DNA of 32,000 nucleotides from Gammaproteobacteria bacterium (GTDB lineage Bacteria; Pseudomonadota; Gammaproteobacteria; JBIOEC01): NCBI GenBank assembly GCA_965279305.1, contig OZ257143.1, positions 1,830,001 to 1,862,000 of the forward strand, read 5' to 3'. Shown piece by piece: positions 26,297 to 32,000 of this stretch (position 1 is its first letter; each line of letters starts with the position of its first letter). The notes under the pieces were generated by a model. It saw only the letters and a program-made list of their open reading frames with translations, ran no database searches and was not told where the DNA came from. The position numbers and the translations under genes were made by a program.

Positions 26297-26321
26297 AATA
26301 TCCTCACCTCAATAATACCCT

Positions 26322-26367
26322 AGGCTGCATGCCTCCAAGGCTACATACCCCCAAGGTTACATACCCA
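26322..26367. repeat. Three tandem 14-16 bp repeats spanning the secY stop codon and the secY-rpmJ spacer
   Basis: Plus strand: aggctgcatgcctcca / aggctacataccccca / aggttacataccca. Minus strand: CCTTGGGTATGTAA CCTTGGGGGTATGTAG CCTTGGAGGCATGCAG. Confidence 0.8.
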
Positions 26368-27667
26368 AGGGCCCGCCCTTCATATTGGCTTTTTTCATCA
26401 ACGACTGATAACGGGCTGACATTAAGTGGGTCTGTACTTGGGCAATAAAGTCCATCACCACCACTACAATAATCAGCAAGGAGGTACCACCAAAATAAAA
26501 CGGTACGTTCCAACCCATAATCAACAATTCAGGCATCAATGCGACACCTATCAGATAAAAAGCACCGAACAAGGTAAGCCTTGTCATCACACCATCGATA
26601 TAAGAAGCGGTTTGCTGACCTGGTCTTATTCCAGGAATAAACGCACCATTCTTCTTTAAATTCTCAGCCGTATCCCTTGGGTTATAAACCAAGGCGGTAT
26701 AAAAGAATGCAAAAAATAAGATCGCAAGAGCAAACAATACTAAATACAACGGTTGCCCTGGCGATAACATTTGGCTTAAACCAATAAGCCAGCTGTTTCC
26801 TTCCCCTACTCCAAAAAATTCGGTCAGAGTAGCTGGAAATAAAATAATACTAGAAGCAAAAATAGGCGGAATAACTCCGGCCATATTGATCTTCAACGGC
26901 AAATGACTGGTTTGACCACCCATCATTTTGCGGCCTTGTTGGCGCTGCGCATAATTCACAGTAATGCGTCGCTGCCCTCGCTCGATGAAAACCACAAATG
27001 CTATCACTAACACCACACCTACTATTAAAAGTAAAAGCACGATGGGCAGCAATTGTCCTTCACGAACTTGCTCAATAGTGTTGCCTAATGCAGCGGGTAA
27101 ACCTGCCGCAATACCGGTGAAAATAATAATGGATATGCCATTACCAATTCCACGCTCTGTGATCTGCTCACCTAACCACATTAAAAACATGGTACCGGTA
27201 ACCAAGGTCACAACCACTACTACATAAAAACCAAAACCGGTAAACAATGCTACACCGGAACTCGCCAAATATTTTGCAAAGCCTAAGCCTTGAAATGTCG
27301 CTAAACCTAAAGTGGCATAACGCGTAATTTGACTAATTTTACGGCGGCCTTGTTCGCCTTCTTTTTTATACTGTTCTAGTGCAGGTGACACCATGGTCAA
27401 CAACTGAACCACAATAGAAGCCGAGATATAAGGCATAATGCCTAGTGCAAATAACGTAAAACGTTCTAATGCACCACCCGAAAACATATTAAACAAACCT
27501 AAAATGGTATTTTGCTGCTGAGAAAATAATTCAGCTAAGCTTACCGGATCAATACCTGGAACGGGTATATGCGCTCCGATGCGGTAAACTAAAATAGCAC
27601 CAAACACAAACAACAAGCGACGTTTGAGTTCGCCTAATCCATTAAGCATGCCTAGTTGTGTGGCCAT
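26357..27667 (-). CDS. secY: Preprotein translocase subunit SecY
   Basis: 436 aa with ten hydrophobic segments. [28 protein letters not shown]...[15 protein letters not shown]...[10 protein letters not shown]. Confidence 0.96.
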   Translation of the reverse strand: MATQLGMLNGLGELKRRLLFVFGAILVYRIGAHIPVPGIDPVSLAELFSQQQNTILGLFNMFSGGALERFTLFALGIMPYISASIVVQLLTMVSPALEQYKKEGEQGRRKISQITRYATLGLATFQGLGFAKYLASSGVALFTGFGFYVVVVVTLVTGTMFLMWLGEQITERGIGNGISIIIFTGIAAGLPAALGNTIEQVREGQLLPIVLLLLIVGVVLVIAFVVFIERGQRRITVNYAQRQQGRKMMGGQTSHLPLKINMAGVIPPIFASSIILFPATLTEFFGVGEGNSWLIGLSQMLSPGQPLYLVLFALAILFFAFFYTALVYNPRDTAENLKKNGAFIPGIRPGQQTASYIDGVMTRLTLFGAFYLIGVALMPELLIMGWNVPFYFGGTSLLIIVVVVMDFIAQVQTHLMSARYQSLMKKANMKGGPLGM

Positions 27668-27688
27668 AGTGATAAGGCTCGTTAGTTT

Positions 27689-28123
27689 CTATTCTTCAAT
27701 GCTTCCGCCGGCTTGGAGAATGGCTTCACGTGCGCCCTTCGTTACTCCTAACCCTTTTAATTTTACTGCTTTAGTTAAAGTACCACGACTAATAACTTTC
27801 GCACGTTTCATATAGTGAGGAATGATATTGGCTGTCATTAATGCGGCCAAATCAATTACATCTACATCTAATTTATTTAATTGTTCTAAACGCACTTCTG
27901 CGGTGTGCTTAGATACGCGAGAAGTAAAACCAAATTTTGGTAAACGTCTGTGTAAAGGAGTTTGTCCACCTTCAAAGCCAGCAGGAATGCTAGAGCCAGA
28001 ACGTGCTGTTTGGCCTTTACCACCACGACCACCTGTTTTACCTAAACCACTACCTTGCCCACGACCTAAACGACGTTTTTCTTTTTTAGCACCGGGGTTG
28101 GGTTTTAAAGTATTTAATCTCAT
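27689..28123 (-). CDS. rplO: 50S ribosomal protein L15
   Basis: 144 aa. [38 protein letters not shown]. Confidence 0.95.
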   Translation of the reverse strand: MRLNTLKPNPGAKKEKRRLGRGQGSGLGKTGGRGGKGQTARSGSSIPAGFEGGQTPLHRRLPKFGFTSRVSKHTAEVRLEQLNKLDVDVIDLAALMTANIIPHYMKRAKVISRGTLTKAVKLKGLGVTKGAREAILQAGGSIEE

Positions 28124-28317
28124 TATCCTTGCTCCTCAACCTTTAGCAAATAGCTGATCTTGTTAACCATTCCGCGGTTTTCTGGTGTATCAATACGTTC
28201 AACCACTTGATTAATTTTACGTAAACCCAAACCTATTAAGCACTTTTTGTGAAGTGGCAAAATAGAAATAGGACTCTTAATTAATTTAATTCTTAACATT
28301 TTTTTGGACTTACTCAT
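28123..28317 (-). CDS. rpmD: 50S ribosomal protein L30
   Basis: 64 aa. [55 protein letters not shown]. Confidence 0.92.
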   Translation of the reverse strand: MSKSKKMLRIKLIKSPISILPLHKKCLIGLGLRKINQVVERIDTPENRGMVNKISYLLKVEEQG

Positions 28318-28841
28318 TAGGAAGCCTCTTTTAATACAGGTAAATCTTCAACCGATTTGCCACGTTTAGCAGCAATCGATTCAGGGGATGACATGGAAGC
28401 GAGTCCTTTAATCGTAGCCCAAACCACGTTAACAGGATTGCTAGAGCCAATACATTTTGACAATACGTTATGAACGCCTACTACTTCAAATACAGCGCGC
28501 ATTGCTCCGCCCGCGATAATACCAGTACCTTCGCCAGCAGGAAGCATAACTACTTTAGAAGCGCCATGACGTCCGTAAACTTTATGAAACAAAGTATGGC
28601 TATTCAATTGGATGCGAACCATGCGTCTGCGCGCATCTTGCATTGCTTTTTGAATAGCCGCAGGTACTTCGCGTGATTTACCACGACCTACACCTACGCG
28701 ACCTTTGCCATCACCTACAACAACCAGTGCCGCAAAACCAAATATACGTCCACCTTTTACTACTTTAGCAGTACGAGTCACTGTTACCAGCTTCTCTATC
28801 ATGCCATCAGTTGTTGTGCCTTCATCAAATGTTTTAGCCAT
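28317..28841 (-). CDS. rpsE: 30S ribosomal protein S5
   Basis: 174 aa. [46 protein letters not shown]...[13 protein letters not shown]. Confidence 0.96.
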   Translation of the reverse strand: MAKTFDEGTTTDGMIEKLVTVTRTAKVVKGGRIFGFAALVVVGDGKGRVGVGRGKSREVPAAIQKAMQDARRRMVRIQLNSHTLFHKVYGRHGASKVVMLPAGEGTGIIAGGAMRAVFEVVGVHNVLSKCIGSSNPVNVVWATIKGLASMSSPESIAAKRGKSVEDLPVLKEAS

Positions 28842-28861
28842 TGTATAACCTTAATAAGTCC

Positions 28862-29227
28862 TTAGAATTCCAATCCGCCTTCACGTGCCGCATCTGCTAA
28901 TGCAGATACTCGGCCATGAAACCTAAAACCAGAACGATCAAAAGCCACTTTTTTAATACCTGCTTTTGTCGCACGCTCAGCAATTAATTTGCCGATAGCT
29001 TCAGCTGCTGTTTTGTTTCCAGTCGCTTTTAATTGTTTACGTAATTCTGGTTCAACAGTAGAAGCAGACACTAGCACTTTATCAGCACCTTCGTGTTGCT
29101 CTATCACCTGAGCATAAATATGCTGCGGTGTACGATGAACCGTTAATTTAATTGCATTTAGCTCACGAATTTTGCAGCGAGTACGAGTACCGCGGCGAAT
29201 TCTGGCTTGTTTTTTAGATGACTTCAT
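28862..29227 (-). CDS. rplR: 50S ribosomal protein L18
   Basis: 121 aa. [10 protein letters not shown]...[15 protein letters not shown]...[26 protein letters not shown]. Confidence 0.95.
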   Translation of the reverse strand: MKSSKKQARIRRGTRTRCKIRELNAIKLTVHRTPQHIYAQVIEQHEGADKVLVSASTVEPELRKQLKATGNKTAAEAIGKLIAERATKAGIKKVAFDRSGFRFHGRVSALADAAREGGLEF

Positions 29228-29256
29228 CGCGCTTCTTCCTATTCTATTCTCTTATC

Positions 29257-29793
29257 TTACTTTTTCTTCGTTTCTTTATGTTTAACATGTTCATCGCTAT
29301 AACGTACGCCTTTACCTTTATAAGGTTCAGGAGAACGAATGCTACGAATATTGGCAGCCACTTGGCCTACTAATTGTCTATCGATACCATGAATCACTAC
29401 TTGTGTTTGGGTAGGTGTTTCAATAGTAATTCCTTTAGGAACATCAAAAACCACCGGGTGTGAAAAACCCAAAGACAAATTCACTTTGTTACCTTGCGCT
29501 GCTGCACGATAACCTACACCAATTAAGGTTAATTCTTTTTTGAAACCTGCGGTAACACCGGTTACCATATTTTGAGCTAATGCGCGCATAGTTCCCGCAA
29601 TCGCTAATGATTGCTTTGCTTTACTCTTAGGAGCAAAACGCAACACATTTTCTTCAAATTTTACTTCCACATCACCAGGTAGTGCTGTGCTAATAGTGCC
29701 TTTATTACCGGTAATGGTTAACAAAGTTGGCTCAAGCAATACTTTAACACCGCTTGGCACACTAATGGGTTTTCCTGAAATACGAGTAGACAT
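29257..29793 (-). CDS. rplF: 50S ribosomal protein L6
   Basis: 178 aa. SGKPISVPSGVKV...IGVGYRAA...LGFSHPV...EPYKGKGVRY. Confidence 0.95.
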   Translation of the reverse strand: MSTRISGKPISVPSGVKVLLEPTLLTITGNKGTISTALPGDVEVKFEENVLRFAPKSKAKQSLAIAGTMRALAQNMVTGVTAGFKKELTLIGVGYRAAAQGNKVNLSLGFSHPVVFDVPKGITIETPTQTQVVIHGIDRQLVGQVAANIRSIRSPEPYKGKGVRYSDEHVKHKETKKK

Positions 29794-29808
29794 TTTCTTT
29801 ACCTTATC

Positions 29809-30207
29809 CTATGCCACTAAACAAATCACTTCACCACCCTGTCTCGTTTTGCGAGCTTGGTGATCCGTTATCATCCCTTTAGAGGTTGATACAATATAAA
29901 TACCTAAACCGCCACGCACTTTAGGTAATTTTTCCACTGATTTATAAGAACGTAAACCCGGACGGCTTACACGCTTAATTTCAGAAATAACACCTTTGCC
30001 TTCGTAGTATTTTAATACCACGTTCAATACGGTTTTATTTCCATCCATCTTTTTTAATGCGTAAGAAGTAATATAACCTTCGTCTTTTAAAACGCGGGCA
30101 ATTTCGTTCTTCACTTTTGAGCCAGGCATAGTTACATCAACGTGTCCTGCACTTTGTGCATTACGGATACTGGTTAACATGCTTGCTATCGGATCTGTCA
30201 TACTCAT
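29809..30207 (-). CDS. rpsH: 30S ribosomal protein S8
   Basis: 132 aa. [22 protein letters not shown]...[10 protein letters not shown]...[34 protein letters not shown]. Confidence 0.95.
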   Translation of the reverse strand: MSMTDPIASMLTSIRNAQSAGHVDVTMPGSKVKNEIARVLKDEGYITSYALKKMDGNKTVLNVVLKYYEGKGVISEIKRVSRPGLRSYKSVEKLPKVRGGLGIYIVSTSKGMITDHQARKTRQGGEVICLVA

Positions 30208-30234
30208 AATTTCATAATCCTATCTAAATAATTT

Positions 30235-30540
30235 TTACCAGCTTGATTTTACTAATCCGGGTATTTCACCGCGCATTGCTAGTTCGCGTAACTTGCTGCG
30301 ACCTAAACCAAACTTACTATAAACACCACGTGGACGACCCGTGATAGCGCAGCGATTACGCATACGAACACGGCTAGCATCACGAGGAAAATCTTGCAAC
30401 TTCATCATCGCATCTTCTTTTTCTTGGAAAGAAGAGGTTTGATCTTTTACTATTTTTATTAACTCTGCGCGCTGAGTTGCATATTTTGCAACAATTTCCT
30501 TGCGGCGCTTCTCACGCAATTTCATACACAATTTTGACAT
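30235..30540 (-). CDS. rpsN: 30S ribosomal protein S14
   Basis: 101 aa from ATG 30540 (GAGGA Shine-Dalgarno 7 nt upstream); the track start at 30546 is a [44 protein letters not shown]. Confidence 0.94.
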   Translation of the reverse strand: MSKLCMKLREKRRKEIVAKYATQRAELIKIVKDQTSSFQEKEDAMMKLQDFPRDASRVRMRNRCAITGRPRGVYSKFGLGRSKLRELAMRGEIPGLVKSSW

Positions 30541-30557
30541 GCACAATTCCTCAATAT

Positions 30558-31106
30558 TTATCTTTCTTTAAATGGAAACTTGAAAGCATCTAACAATGCT
30601 CTCGCTTCAGCATCAGTACGTGCAGTGGTATTAATAGTAATATCCATACCGCGTACCGCATCAATTTTATCGTAATCAATTTCAGGAGCTACGATTTGCT
30701 CTTTAATACCTAATGTATAGTTTCCACGACCATCAAACGCCCGTGGAGTAAAACCGCGGAAGTCACGAATACGAGGAATATAAATACTCACTAATCTATC
30801 TAAGTATTCGTACATACGTTGACGACGTAAGGTTACTTTGCAACCAATCGGCCAACCTTCACGAATTTTGAAACCCGCTACTGATTTACGCGCTAAGTTA
30901 ACCACAGGTTTTTGACCTGAAATTTTGGTTAAATCATCAATAACGAAATCCATTACTTTTTTATCGTTAACAGATTCGCCCGCACCTACGTTCAGTACGA
31001 TCTTTTTAATACGAGGTACTTGCATAGGAGAAGTGTAATTAAACTTCTTCATCAACGCAGGAACCACTTCTTTTGTGTAATATTCTTGTAAACGTGCTGT
31101 GCTCAT
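30558..31106 (-). CDS. rplE: 50S ribosomal protein L5
   Basis: 182 aa. [38 protein letters not shown]...[20 protein letters not shown]. Confidence 0.95.
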   Translation of the reverse strand: MSTARLQEYYTKEVVPALMKKFNYTSPMQVPRIKKIVLNVGAGESVNDKKVMDFVIDDLTKISGQKPVVNLARKSVAGFKIREGWPIGCKVTLRRQRMYEYLDRLVSIYIPRIRDFRGFTPRAFDGRGNYTLGIKEQIVAPEIDYDKIDAVRGMDITINTTARTDAEARALLDAFKFPFKER

Positions 31107-31123
31107 TTTATCTTCTACCTACA

Positions 31124-31480
31124 TTAAGCTTTTTGATTAACGGGTTTGCCAGAGCTCTTAAACACTCTAACTTTTTTACCCTTTTCTATTTTATATCCAA
31201 CGCGATCTGCTTTTCCTGTAGCTTCGTTAAAAATAGCTACTTTGCAAATAGGCATAGGCATATCTTTTGGTTTCACTCCGCCTTCTTCGTTTGCACGAGG
31301 ATTTGGGCGTACGTGTTTTTTCACTTGATTAATATTTTGTACGATTACCATTCCTTCAATCGGATCAACATCAATAATTTGACCACGACGACCTTTATCA
31401 CGACCTGCCAATACGATGACTTCGTCACCTTTATGCAGTTTGCGATTTAGGGGTTCTTTTTTCTTTATCATTTTTGCCAT
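31124..31480 (-). CDS. rplX: 50S ribosomal protein L24 (about 9 extra N-terminal residues relative to E. coli if the start is at 31480)
   Basis: 118 aa. KGDEVIVLAGRDKGRRGQI...VKKHVRPNP...VAIFNEATGKADRVGYKIEKGKKVRVFKSSG. Confidence 0.92.
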   Translation of the reverse strand: MAKMIKKKEPLNRKLHKGDEVIVLAGRDKGRRGQIIDVDPIEGMVIVQNINQVKKHVRPNPRANEEGGVKPKDMPMPICKVAIFNEATGKADRVGYKIEKGKKVRVFKSSGKPVNQKA

Positions 31481-31517
31481 AATAAATACCTAGTATAAAT
31501 TCCTAACGGTTCTTTTG

Positions 31518-31895
31518 TTATAGCACTTCAGGTGCTAATGAAATAATTTTCATAAAGTTTTCTTTGCCGCCTGTACGTAACTCTCTGGTCACAGGTCCAA
31601 ATATGCGAGTACCAATTGGTTGTAATTGGCCATTCAATAAAACAGCCGCATTGCTGTCAAAACGAATCAAAGAGCCATCAGCGCGACGGACACCATGTTT
31701 AGTTCTTACCACAACAGCGTTCAATACTTCACCTTTTTTCACTTTGCCACGAGGGCTAGCTTCTTTAACAGTGACTTTAATCACGTCGCCAATACCTGCA
31801 TAACGACGCTTAGAACCGCCTAACACCTTAATACACAGTACCTTACGAGCACCCGTGTTATCGGCTACCTCTAAGATGCTTTCTACTTGAATCAT
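31518..31895 (-). CDS. rplN: 50S ribosomal protein L14
   Basis: 125 aa from ATG 31895 (TGGAG Shine-Dalgarno 7 nt upstream); the track start at 31907 is a [40 protein letters not shown]...[12 protein letters not shown]. Confidence 0.95.
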   Translation of the reverse strand: MIQVESILEVADNTGARKVLCIKVLGGSKRRYAGIGDVIKVTVKEASPRGKVKKGEVLNAVVVRTKHGVRRADGSLIRFDSNAAVLLNGQLQPIGTRIFGPVTRELRTGGKENFMKIISLAPEVL

Positions 31896-32000
31896 AACTT
31901 GCTCCAACTAGCTTCATCGGGCTGAAAACAGCCCAACATTATATCAAAAATACCGTCTGACGGCTATGCGCCGTATGCCCTATTAGGCGCCAATAACCTC

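Noticed and set aside
26025-26513. Plus-strand 96-aa ORF (26025-26315) and minus-strand 69-aa ORF (26304-26513)
   Set aside because: The first runs antisense across the rpsM start, the terminator and rpmJ. The second lies in an alternative frame inside the secY 3' end. The conserved genes explain both.
27822-28157. 111-aa plus-strand ORF, and similar plus-strand ORFs across the ribosomal protein genes (for example 25429-25761, 28470-28676, 31073-31450, 31564-31803)
   Set aside because: All are antisense shadows of highly conserved ribosomal protein genes.
31919-31934. Perfect hairpin GGGCTG-aaaa-CAGCCC in the spacer upstream of rplN
   Set aside because: It could be an S10-operon terminator or part of the spc leader. 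It has no adjacent U-tract on the minus strand and nothing to compare it with, so I did not call it.
31983-32000. Possible 3' end of rpsQ (S17) on the minus strand (reads ...EVIGA-stop)
   Set aside because: rpsQ is expected here by synteny, but only five codons plus a stop are visible. That is too little sequence to support a call.

Overview
The window looks like a chromosomal segment of a gammaproteobacterium with moderately low GC (judged by eye, not computed). Eukaryotic-like ANK, F-box and CaaX proteins sit inside otherwise ordinary gammaproteobacterial synteny, so I infer an intracellular Legionellales-type organism (Coxiella/Legionella/Rickettsiella-like). That taxonomic call is unverified.

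Gene order, left to right:
- purL (minus strand, runs off the left edge).
- An HTH-Fic gene with a degenerate catalytic motif, preceded by five iteron-like 12-bp repeats.
- doxX, coaA, nadB, then sdhE-ygfX-ygfZ.
- A 506-aa ankyrin-repeat protein with a two-helix hydrophobic hairpin, glycine-phased heptads and a C-terminal CaaX box (CVVS).
- A ydfG-like SDR divergent from a type III polyketide synthase plus methyltransferase pair.
- kdsD-kdsC-lptC-lptA-lptB-hpf-rapZ, with rpoN and ptsN absent from their usual places.
- A roughly 3.2-kb accessory islet holding an orphan HigA-like HTH, a frameshifted LPYEL-motif gene, an F-box protein and a DUF4160/DUF2442 pair. It is bracketed by two inverted copies of a GC-rich palindromic element whose inner stem covaries.
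- dacC.
- rplQ-rpoA-rpsK-rpsM on the minus strand, with no rpsD.
- rpmJ-secY-rplO-rpmD-rpsE-rplR-rplF-rpsH-rpsN-rplE-rplX-rplN on the minus strand.

I saw no rRNA, tRNA, CRISPR array, transposase or integrase. All functional calls rest on motif and sequence recognition by eye plus gene order. No database search was possible.
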